Source of the DNA: Candidatus Eiseniibacteriota bacterium | GTDB lineage: Bacteria; Eisenbacteria; RBG-16-71-46 | NCBI GenBank assembly: GCA_044222065.1 | Contig: JBGAOA010000022.1 | Location: forward strand, 36,587 to 56,785 | Length of the DNA: 20,199 nucleotides | Direction of reading: 5' to 3' | Shown: positions 1-7,759 of the stretch, piece by piece | Layout: the number at the start of each line of letters is the position of its first letter | Numbering within the stretch: the stretch's first letter is position 1 | Program-made: the position numbers and the translations under genes | Notes under the pieces: model-generated | The model's input: only the letters and a program-made list of their open reading frames with translations | The model's database searches: none | What the model was told of the DNA's origin: nothing

Positions 1-1379
1 CGATCGACCAGGTAGTCGGGGCGCGCGAACGACGCGAACGCGAGGTTCGCGATCAGGTTCTCGGGCAGGTCCTCGCGCAGCAGCGGGATCATCTGCGGCG
101 TGACGAGGCCCGCGAGGTCGAGGATGCGGCGTTCGCTGAAGTAGCCGAGCGCGCCGATGTCCGGCGCGGCGATCGTCGTCGAGTGCGGCGTGTGCGCGTC
201 GAACCACTTCCCCCACGGGATGAGCGACGTCTGCATGCCGCGCGTGAAGGACCGCACGTGCGGCACGACGGTCGCGCGGTACACCGTGAAGTTCTGCGCG
301 ATCACGACCGTCGAGAGCAGCCATCCGAGCAAGAGCCCGCGCTGGAGCCGCTCGGGCCGGCGCTCCTCGCCGATCCACCAGCGCTCGACCGCGCGCCACG
401 CGAGCCACGCGAGGATCGGGAGCAGCGGCACGAGGTAGCGCGAAACGACCGTGACGCCGCGCGCGGCGTAGAGCAGCGGGATGCCGATCACCCACGCCCA
501 GGGCAGCAGCCGCTGCGACGGCAGGCGTCGCGCGAGCCGCGGCGCGCCGAATCCGAGGGCCAGCACGAGCACGACGCCGAGCAGGCCGTCGGACGCCGAG
601 ATCACGCGCGCCTGCCGCCACAGGTTCTCGAGCACGAACGTCACTCCGCCGCCGCCCGCGGTCTTGGCGGACAGCGTCACGGGCCAGAATTCGCCGAAGT
701 AGAAGCGCGCGAACAGCAGCCATCCGCCGTAGATGACGAGCGGCGGCAGCAGGCCGAACGCGAGCCGCCGGACGCCGTTCCGGCTGTCCGCGTCCACGAG
801 CAGGAACACGAACCATAGTCCGAGTAGCAGCACGGCCTCGGGTCGCGTGAGCGCGGCGAGCGACCACAGCGCGCCGGTGCGAAGCGGACGCGCGCCCCAC
901 ATCTGGCCCTCGGTGTACGCGACGAATCCCGCGAGCACGAGCGCCACGGCGAGCGGCGTCTCCATGCCGGAGAGCGACCAGCGCAGCATCCACGCGTGGC
1001 CGGCCCACGTGACGGTCGCGAGCGCGCGCATCTCGGGCACGTGCATCGTGCGGCGCGTGAGCTGCAGGAACAGCCCGATCGAGGCGATCGTGGCCGCGAA
1101 TCCGAGCACGCGCGCGGCGAGCAGCCCGTCGATGCCGAGCGCCATCGCGTCGGCGAGCAGGGCGACCCACAGCGGACTCGTGCAGCCGTAGACGCGCTCG
1201 CCGTGGTTGAACACGAGCCCGCGGCCCTCGGCGAGGTGCCGCGCGAACTGCAGGTGGATGTACGTGTCGTCGGTGACGTAGCCGCGCAGCGGCCACAACA
1301 GGACGATCGCGAGCACGACGCCCGCGAGCGCGCCGATCTTCTCGACGCGCGTGAGCGGTCCGTTCGCGGTGCGGATCAC
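1..1379 (-). CDS. GT-C fold polytopic membrane glycosyltransferase (AftB/arabinofuranosyltransferase-like), 3' end runs off the window
   Basis: Not in the ORF track because no stop lies in the window. Translated by hand from the GTG at 1379, which overlaps the upstream TGA (1376-1378): MIRTANGPLTRVEKIGALAGVVLAIVLLWPLRGYVTDDTYIHLQFARHLAEGRGLVFNHGERVYGCTSPLW. The DD-x-YI...GxGxxFNxGExVxGxTSPLW motif after TM1 is typical of this GT-C group. Many hydrophobic segments follow, plus SGMETP, TRPE, RYLVP and DIGALGYFSERRILDLAGLVTP in the same frame. Confidence 0.8.
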   Translation of the reverse strand, partial: MIRTANGPLTRVEKIGALAGVVLAIVLLWPLRGYVTDDTYIHLQFARHLAEGRGLVFNHGERVYGCTSPLWVALLADAMALGIDGLLAARVLGFAATIASIGLFLQLTRRTMHVPEMRALATVTWAGHAWMLRWSLSGMETPLAVALVLAGFVAYTEGQMWGARPLRTGALWSLAALTRPEAVLLLGLWFVFLLVDADSRNGVRRLAFGLLPPLVIYGGWLLFARFYFGEFWPVTLSAKTAGGGGVTFVLENLWRQARVISASDGLLGVVLVLALGFGAPRLARRLPSQRLLPWAWVIGIPLLYAARGVTVVSRYLVPLLPILAWLAWRAVERWWIGEERRPERLQRGLLLGWLLSTVVIAQNFTVYRATVVPHVRSFTRGMQTSLIPWGKWFDAHTPHSTTIAAPDIGALGYFSERRILDLAGLVTPQMIPLLREDLPENLIANLAFASFARPDYLVD

Positions 1380-2665
1380 GACGCGCCTCCCGCGAGCGCG
1401 TCGAGTTCCCCCGCGAGCCGCGCGGCGAGACGATCGCGACGGTGCTCGTCGAGCCACTCGGGCCTCGCGCGCGGCGCGCGCTCGCCCGCCTTCCACGCGA
1501 GCCAGCGCCGCTCGATCGCCTGCGCGATCCCGCGGCGATCCCCGGGCGCGAGGACCTCGCCGCCCGCGCGCCGCACGAGCCCCGCCGCCTCCTCGCCCGC
1601 GTCCGCGACGGCGAGCACGGGGCGACCGGCGTCGAGGTATTCGTAGAGCTTGCCCGGCACCATCGTGTCGAACCCCCGTGGCTTCCACAGCACGAGCAGG
1701 TCGGCGCGGCGCTGCAGCGCCACCGCGTCCGCGTGCGAGACCGGTCCGAGAAAGTCGGCGATGCCCTTCAGACCGAGCGCGATCGAACGGTCTTCGTACT
1801 CCGAATCGAACGGTCCTGCAACCCGGAGCCGCAGCCGGCGACGCGCGTCGGGGTGCCGGGCGAGCACTTCGTGGATCGCCTCGAGCGTCACTTCGCAGTC
1901 CGGCTCGTGCGAGAGCGTGCCCGTGAACGCGAGCACGAACGCGTCGCCGCCGCCGTCGGCGGCGGGTCCGGCCTCGGGCTCGGGCTCGAAGCCGTTCGGC
2001 AAGTGGAGCGCGCGCCGCGCGCGAGCGCCGCTCTCGCGGCCGAGCCGCGCGAGGTGCGTCGCCGACGCCGTCAGCACGAGGTCCGCGCCGCCGACGACGG
2101 CGCGTTCGAGCGCGGCGTGGCGCGCGCGGTGCCACGCGGTCGGCGGGTTGCGGAACGCGAGGCCGAGCCACGGATCGCGGAAGTCCGCGATCCACGGCAC
2201 GCGGCGGCCGCGACCGAGCGCGAGCGCCGCGAGGTGCACGCTGTCGGGCGGCGAAGTCGTGAGCAGCGCGTCGATGCCGCCGCGCGCGAGCCGCGCGCGC
2301 GCGGCGCGCGAGGCGCGCTGCGCCCAGCCGGCGTAGCTGTCGGGCAGCGCGAACCAGTCGCTGAGGCCCCGCAGCCCCGAGAACAGTCCGGCCGAGCGCC
2401 GGCCCGACGCGGCGCCGCCGCCGCGCGCGAGTTTGAGCAGCGCGCCGACCCCGCTCCCGCCCGAGACGCGGATCACTTCCGTGTCCGCCGGCACGCTCGC
2501 CACGAGCGACGCATCCTCGACCCAGTAGTCGCCGGGCCCCGCGCACACGATCGTGCAGTCCCAGCCGTGCACCGGCAGGTGGCGCGTGAAGCTCAGCACG
2601 CGGTGCACGCCACCTCCCGCGAGCGGCGGATAGAAGTACGCGACGACGAGCAAGCGGCGGCTCAC
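1376..2665 (-). CDS. Glycosyltransferase family 4 (GT-B), 429 aa
   Basis: C-terminal part of ORF 1376..3622. The true start is the GTG at 2665 (GTGA overlap): MSRRLLVVAYFYPPLAGGGVHRV. Motifs TTSPPDSVHL, PWIADFRDPW, LPNGFE, FTGTL and PGKLYEYLDAGRPVLA. Confidence 0.9.
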   Translation of the reverse strand: MSRRLLVVAYFYPPLAGGGVHRVLSFTRHLPVHGWDCTIVCAGPGDYWVEDASLVASVPADTEVIRVSGGSGVGALLKLARGGGAASGRRSAGLFSGLRGLSDWFALPDSYAGWAQRASRAARARLARGGIDALLTTSPPDSVHLAALALGRGRRVPWIADFRDPWLGLAFRNPPTAWHRARHAALERAVVGGADLVLTASATHLARLGRESGARARRALHLPNGFEPEPEAGPAADGGGDAFVLAFTGTLSHEPDCEVTLEAIHEVLARHPDARRRLRLRVAGPFDSEYEDRSIALGLKGIADFLGPVSHADAVALQRRADLLVLWKPRGFDTMVPGKLYEYLDAGRPVLAVADAGEEAAGLVRRAGGEVLAPGDRRGIAQAIERRWLAWKAGERAPRARPEWLDEHRRDRLAARLAGELDALAGGAS

Positions 2666-3711
2666 GCGCGCGCCCCGCGCCGCGCGACGGTCTCGAACAG
2701 CGTCTCGATGCGCGCGAAGTTCGTCTCGCGGTCGCCGCGCTCGGCGATCACGCGCAGGTTGCGCGCGCGCGCACGCCCGCACCACGCCGGATCCGCGAGC
2801 GCCGATTCGATCGCGGCTTCGAGCGCCGCGCGCTGCCCCGGCGGGAAGAGCCGCGCGCCGTCGCCGTCCGCGACCCACTCGCGGTTTCCCTCGATGTCGC
2901 TCACGACCGGCACGGCCCCGGCGCTCATCGCCTCGAGCAGCGACACGCTCGTCGAGTCCGAGTGCGACGCCGACAGGTACACGTCGGCGCGCCGCATGAG
3001 CGCGGCGAGCGGCTCGATCGGCAGACGCCCGACGAACTCGTAGCGGCCGGCCGGCAGCACGAACTTCGCGCGCGCCTCGAGCGTCGCGCGCAGCGCGCCG
3101 TCGCCCGCGACGACGAGGCGCGTGTGCGGGTGCCGGCGCATCACCGGCCCCGCCGCGTCGAGGATCGTGCCGACGTCGTAGACGGTCTCGTGCATGCGCG
3201 CGGACACGAGCAGTCCGGCTCGCGCGCCTCGCCGGCGTGGAGCACGCGCGGTCCACGCCCACGGATGCAGTGCACGCGCTGCGCCGCGCCGTGCGCGCGC
3301 GCGGCGTCCGCGAGGTTGAGCGCATCGGCGAGCACTGCGTCCGCGTGCGTGAGCACGAAGCGCGCGCGCGCGCTGGAGCAGGTTGCAGTTCGCGGCGACG
3401 AGCAGGTCGCTCCCCCACGCCGCCGACGAGCGGCGCGAGCCCCGCGAGCGTCGCGAGCACGCCGTAGTTCGGCACGAAGTGCGCGCCGACGACATCGGCC
3501 GGAACGCCGCGACCGCGCGCCGCGCCGCCGGCGCCGCGAGCGGATAGCGCAGCCAGCCGGGAAGCGGCGCGACCGGGAGCGGGCGCGCACCGAGCGCGTC
3601 GGGCCCGGGCTCGAGCGACCACAGCGCGACCTCGTGTCCGCGGCCGCGGAAGAACTCCGCCCAGCGCTCGGTGTGAACGACCGCGGCGTTCGACAGCAGC
3701 GCGATCCTCAC
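2662..3711 (-). CDS. Glycosyltransferase family 4, with several compensating frameshifts at about 3215-3500 (likely sequencing errors)
   Basis: GTG start at 3711 (GTGA overlap): MRIALLSNAAVVHTERWAEFFRGRGHEV. The C-terminus has the GT4 motif ADVYLSASHSDSTSVSLLEAMSAGAVPVVSDIEGNREWV. The middle segments (DVVGAHFVPNYG, AWGSDLL, RFVLTHADAVLAD, GVD) are spread over all three minus-strand frames. Confidence 0.85.
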   Translation of the reverse strand: MRIALLSNAAVVHTERWAEFFRGRGHEVALWSLEPGPDALGARPLPVAPLPGWLRYPLAAPAARRAVAAFRPMSSARTSCRTTACSRRSRGSRRSSAAWGSDLLVAANCNLLQRARALRAHARGRSARRCAQPRGRRARARRGAARALHPWAWTARAPRRRGARAGLLVSARMHETVYDVGTILDAAGPVMRRHPHTRLVVAGDGALRATLEARAKFVLPAGRYEFVGRLPIEPLAALMRRADVYLSASHSDSTSVSLLEAMSAGAVPVVSDIEGNREWVADGDGARLFPPGQRAALEAAIESALADPAWCGRARARNLRVIAERGDRETNFARIETLFETVARRGARA

Positions 3712-4754
3712 GTCGCCTCCCCGCGCGCGCGTCCGCTCCGCAGGCGTTCCTGCAGCGCGCCCGCGAGCCGGCCCGCGAGCGGCGCGTGGCGGGCGTCGAG
3801 CCAGCGCACGGGGTAGCGCACGAGAGCGGCGCCGAGCGAATCCTTGAACGACGACACGGCCTCGCGGCCCGCGCTCGCTCCGAGGTTCACGCGTTCGCGA
3901 CCGCGCGCCGCCGCCCACTCGACGACGCCCCACAGCAGCACCGTGAACGCCTGCCGCGCGCGGCCCTCGGCGTGCGTGCCGCTCCACCACACGAACGTCT
4001 CGCGCGGATGATCGAGCGCGAGCACCGCCGACAGCAGTCCGCGCCCGTCGCGCACCGCGAAGAGCCGCGCGACCGGATCCGCGATCCCGCACTCGGGCGC
4101 CGCGGCGAGGAGCCGACGCGACAGTTCGAGCGGCAGCGGCCGGTGCGCACGCCAGCCGCGCGCCTGTTTCGCGTAGAGCGCGTACGCCGCGGCGAGATCC
4201 CCGGGCGCCTCGTCGAACGCGAGCCCGCGCGCGCGCGCGCGGGCGAGCGTCTGCCGGGTCTTGCGATCCACGCGGCGCAGCGCCGCGTCCAGTCCGTCGC
4301 CGAGTTCGACGACCGCGGCTTCGAACGTGCGCGTCACGCCGTCGGGCGCGCCGACGCTTCCGAGTTCCACCGTCGGGCCGTGCGGACGGTAGAGCGACCA
4401 CTCCCCGCCCGTCGCGTGCACCTCGCGCTGGAGCGAGGCGAACGCGCGGCCGCACTCGGCGTCCACGCGGGCGTGCGCGCCGTCGCGTGCGAGCGGCGCC
4501 GCCGGCAGCAGCATCGGGAGCGCGTGCAGGAAGTGGAGTCCGGCGCGGCGCTGGAGGAGCGCCGCACAGCCGCCGAGGAGCGCGCCCGCGTCGTCGCGCA
4601 CGGCGTGCACGCGCGCCTCGTAGCCCGGCAGCGTCTGCTCGAACGCGCGCCACAGTTCGGGGCGGTGCGCCGCGGTCGCGTTCGGATCCGAACGCAGGAG
4701 CGCGTCCCAGCCCGCGGGGACCGCGCTCCCGACGCTCCAGCTCGTCCCGGTCAC
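3708..4754 (-). CDS. GNAT-family N-acyltransferase, FemAB/CelD-BcsL-like, 348 aa
   Basis: WDALL...AAHRPEL N-terminus, DRKTRQTLARARARGL, and LLWGVVEWAAARGRERVNLGAS...FKDSLGA match the tandem-GNAT FemAB-like proteins found in polysaccharide loci. Confidence 0.8.
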   Translation of the reverse strand: MTGTSWSVGSAVPAGWDALLRSDPNATAAHRPELWRAFEQTLPGYEARVHAVRDDAGALLGGCAALLQRRAGLHFLHALPMLLPAAPLARDGAHARVDAECGRAFASLQREVHATGGEWSLYRPHGPTVELGSVGAPDGVTRTFEAAVVELGDGLDAALRRVDRKTRQTLARARARGLAFDEAPGDLAAAYALYAKQARGWRAHRPLPLELSRRLLAAAPECGIADPVARLFAVRDGRGLLSAVLALDHPRETFVWWSGTHAEGRARQAFTVLLWGVVEWAAARGRERVNLGASAGREAVSSFKDSLGAALVRYPVRWLDARHAPLAGRLAGALQERLRSGRARGEAT

Positions 4755-4761
4755 GCGGCCG

Positions 4762-7026
4762 TCAGCGCAGCAGGACGAAGCGCGCGAAACCGCTGCTGCC
4801 CGCCGCGACGACGCGCAGGTAGTAGACGCCCGGCTGGACGAGACTGCCGCGCGTGTCGCGGCCGTCCCACACGAGCTGTCCGTTCGATCCCGCCTGGAAG
4901 CGGTGCACGAGCCGGCCCACGAGGTCGTAGATCTCGCCTTCGTAGCTCGACGCGTTCCCGGACAGCCTCAGCGAAGCGCCGAGCGCCGTCAGCGACGCCG
5001 GATTCGGATACAGGTTGAAGCGCAGGCTCGGGGGCGGCGGCGGCACCGGCGGCACGTACGCGGGGTCGTAGCGGTTGAGTCCGCCGGCGGTCGCGATCCA
5101 CACCGCTCGCGAACCGGGCTCGGGCCGGATCGCGCGCACTTCGTCGTTCACGAGCGGCGAGTTCGCCGTCGTGAAGTCGGTGATCGCGCCGTCGGACGTG
5201 CGCACGCGCACGCCGTTCGCCGTGCCGACGTACACCGTGCGGTCGGCGGCGACGTGCAGCGGGTGTCCCGCGAGCACGGGATTCGCCGGCAGCAGGAACG
5301 AGTCCACGCAGGCGCGGGCGAAGCGCGCGTAGTAGCGCACCTCGCGCGTCGTCATCGCGTAGATCGTGTCGCCGAGCGCGACGAGCGCGCGCACCGACAG
5401 GTCCTCGGTGTTCGCGACGTTCGAGAACGAGGGCGCGTTCGTGCCCGTGGGCGGCAGGAACGACTGGATGCCGCCCTCGAGCGAGCCGAGCCACACCGCG
5501 CCGCCGCGGTCGGTCGTGAGCGCGTGGATGCGGCCGCCGAGCACTTCGGCGTTGTTCGCGGCGTTGTAATTCGCGAGGTACGCGCCGTTCGCGTCGTAGT
5601 GCTCGAGGCCGAGCGGAACGCGGTCGGGCGCGCCGAAGTCGTTCGTGTCCATGCCGAGCCAGCGGCCGCCGACCGAGTCGGCCGTGCAGCCCACGGGGCG
5701 GGTGTGGAGGTCGTTCGGATCCGAGGTCCCGGACGGACCCACCATGAAGTAGTGGACGAAGCTCGGGAACGCGCCGCGATCGTCGAGGCGCGAGATCGCC
5801 GAACCCCACGGCCCGAACCACAGGTAGCCCTGCACGTCCTTCAGGATCGCGATCGAATAGCCGACGCCGTAGAACGCGGTGTCCGGATCGCACGGATCGC
5901 CGCAGCCGGCGGTCCAGTTCTTCCAGTTCGCGCCGTCGAAGCGGCCGATGCCCTTGTCCCACGCGGTCACGTAGACGCGGCCGTTCTGCACCTCGACGTT
6001 GTAGAGGTCGTTGCCCGGCGGACCGCTGAACGGCGTGTTCTGGTACGTCGTGCCGCTCAACTGGCGACGGAGACCGGTGGCCTGCGCGAACCAGAAGGCC
6101 CCGCTCGGATCGGTGCCGGCCGCGTACCAGGTCGCCGGGTCGGAGGCGTTCGCGGTGAACGCGCCGGGCGCGACGTTCGTCCAGCCGGGAGTCGTCCAGC
6201 GGAACACGCCCGAATTCGTCGTGTGCAGGATCGTCGTGCCGTCCTTGACGATCGTGATGCCGGTCGGGACGCCCGGAGGCGTCGAGGCGTTCCACAGCGA
6301 TCCCGGCGCGCGCGTGCGCACGCGGATCACGCCGTTGCGCGTGAGGCCGATCAGGCGCTCGCCGTCGTCCACGGCCACGGCCCAGCCGAGCGACTGGTCG
6401 GGGTTGTTCGGGTCCACGGTCGTGTTGGCTTCCGCCCAGTCCGTGAGGCCGGTCGAGATCCGGGCCACGTGACACGCCTGGGTCGAGAACACCCACAGCG
6501 AGTCGCCGAGCGGAACGATCGACACGATCGAGTTGTCGCGGAACGGCGAGGGCGTGAATCCGTCGGGCAGCGTGCCCGAGATCTGCGTGCCGTCCCACAG
6601 CGAGAGCCCGGCGTCCGTTCCGATCCACAGCGTATCGCCCTGCGCGGTGAGGCAGGTGATGTTCTCGGACGCGAGTCCGTCGAAGCGGTTGAACACGCGC
6701 CACGTCCCGTCGGGCGCGCGTCGCGACAGCCCCCGGTCGGCGGTGCCGACCCACAGGTTGCCCGAGCGGTCGCGCGCGAGCGCGCGGATGTCGTTGCTCG
6801 AGAGCCCCGCGGGTTCGTGGTTCAGGAACGAGAACGTGCCGCTCGCGCGGTCGTACGCGACGACGCCGGCCTCGCCCGTCGCCATCCACACGGTGTCGGG
6901 CTCCGCGAGCAGATCCCGGAAGGTCAGCGGTCGGACGATCGTCCGCCACGCGCCTTGCGCGCCGGCGGCCGAGGCCGACAGCGCGAGCGCGAGCCCTAAG
7001 AAGAGCACTGCGAGCTGCTTCTTCAT
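4762..7026 (-). CDS. Secreted beta-propeller repeat protein with C-terminal T9SS-CTD/FlgD-Ig-like domain (PorZ-like architecture), 754 aa
   Basis: Sec signal peptide MKKQLAVLFLGLALALSASAAGA|Q. Regulator-propeller-type repeats (GLSSNDIRALARDRSGNLWVGTADRGL, GLASENITCL..LWIGTDAGL, NSPLVNDEVRAI..VWIATAGGL), a Pro-rich linker, then LYPNP..IYDLVGRLV..WDGRDTRGSLVQPGVYYLRV. Confidence 0.8.
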   Translation of the reverse strand: MKKQLAVLFLGLALALSASAAGAQGAWRTIVRPLTFRDLLAEPDTVWMATGEAGVVAYDRASGTFSFLNHEPAGLSSNDIRALARDRSGNLWVGTADRGLSRRAPDGTWRVFNRFDGLASENITCLTAQGDTLWIGTDAGLSLWDGTQISGTLPDGFTPSPFRDNSIVSIVPLGDSLWVFSTQACHVARISTGLTDWAEANTTVDPNNPDQSLGWAVAVDDGERLIGLTRNGVIRVRTRAPGSLWNASTPPGVPTGITIVKDGTTILHTTNSGVFRWTTPGWTNVAPGAFTANASDPATWYAAGTDPSGAFWFAQATGLRRQLSGTTYQNTPFSGPPGNDLYNVEVQNGRVYVTAWDKGIGRFDGANWKNWTAGCGDPCDPDTAFYGVGYSIAILKDVQGYLWFGPWGSAISRLDDRGAFPSFVHYFMVGPSGTSDPNDLHTRPVGCTADSVGGRWLGMDTNDFGAPDRVPLGLEHYDANGAYLANYNAANNAEVLGGRIHALTTDRGGAVWLGSLEGGIQSFLPPTGTNAPSFSNVANTEDLSVRALVALGDTIYAMTTREVRYYARFARACVDSFLLPANPVLAGHPLHVAADRTVYVGTANGVRVRTSDGAITDFTTANSPLVNDEVRAIRPEPGSRAVWIATAGGLNRYDPAYVPPVPPPPPSLRFNLYPNPASLTALGASLRLSGNASSYEGEIYDLVGRLVHRFQAGSNGQLVWDGRDTRGSLVQPGVYYLRVVAAGSSGFARFVLLR

Positions 7027-7030
7027 GCGC

Positions 7031-7759
7031 CTACTCCACTCGGCCGAACAGATCCAGGAGCCGCAGACGCCACACCATCCCGGCGGCCTCGACGATGATC
7101 CTGCGGTTCATCTTCGAGACGCCCGCGCGGCGGTCCACGAACACGATCGGAATCTCCTTGATCTTGAACCCGCGCTTCCAGCACTTGAACGACATCTCGA
7201 TCTGGAACGAGTAGCCGTCCGACTTCACGCGGTCGAGGCGCACGCCTTCGAGCGCGCGCCGCCGGAAGCACTTGAACCCTCCGGTCGCGTCCTTCACCGG
7301 GAGGCCCGTGACGAGCCGTGAGTACACGTTCGCCGTGTACGACAGGATGAGCCGCGTGAGCGGCCAGTTCACGACGGTGACCCCGTGCAGGTAGCGCGAG
7401 CCGAGCACGAGGTCGTACTCGTCGGCCCACTTCAGGAACTCGCCGATCGCGTCGGGATCGTGCGAGAAGTCGCAGTCCATCTCGAAGATGTACTCGGCGC
7501 CGTGATCGAGCGCGAAGCGGAAGCCCTCGCGATACGCCGAGCCGAGGCCGAGCTTGCCCGCGCGCTCGAGCAGGTGGACGCGCGGCTCGCGCGCCATCCA
7601 CTGCTTGACGATCTCGGAGGTGCCATCGGGCGAGCCGTCGTCGACGACCAGCACGTGCAGCCCGTACGGCAGCCCCATGAGCCGGCCGAGCATGGCGTCG
7701 ATGTTCTCGCGCTCGTTGTAGGTCGGCAGGATCACGATCTTCTCGAACCGCTCGCTCAC
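7031..7759 (-). CDS. ppm1: Polyprenol-monophosphomannose synthase (Ppm1/DPM1-like GT2), 242 aa
   Basis: C-terminal part of ORF 7031..10105. GTG start at 7759 (GTGA overlap): MSERFEKIVILPTYNERENI. Motifs VVDDGSPDGT, KLGLGSAYREGF, EMDCDFSHDP, DLVLGSRY, DATGGFKCFRR, GYSFQIEM and EIPIVFVDRRAGVSKM are hallmarks of this family. Sugar specificity is not proven. Confidence 0.9.
   Translation of the reverse strand: MSERFEKIVILPTYNERENIDAMLGRLMGLPYGLHVLVVDDGSPDGTSEIVKQWMAREPRVHLLERAGKLGLGSAYREGFRFALDHGAEYIFEMDCDFSHDPDAIGEFLKWADEYDLVLGSRYLHGVTVVNWPLTRLILSYTANVYSRLVTGLPVKDATGGFKCFRRRALEGVRLDRVKSDGYSFQIEMSFKCWKRGFKIKEIPIVFVDRRAGVSKMNRRIIVEAAGMVWRLRLLDLFGRVE

Noticed and set aside
3210..3502. Programmed frameshifting or phase variation in the GT4
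   Set aside because: Too many shifts in a short span, with no slippery heptamer or long simple-sequence tract. Sequencing error is the simpler explanation.
1376..3622. 748-aa ORF as a double-GT4 fusion
   Set aside because: The GT-like pieces in its N-terminal part belong to the frameshifted upstream GT4. The downstream gene has its own GTGA-coupled start at 2665.
2280..4245. Frequent (GC)n dinucleotide runs
   Set aside because: They encode Ala-Arg repeats in high-GC codons and occur throughout the window. They are not an independent repeat element.
4762..7026. Hybrid two-component sensor kinase
   Set aside because: It has regulator-type propeller repeats but no TM helix, HisKA or receiver domain, and it ends in a CTD-like Ig domain.
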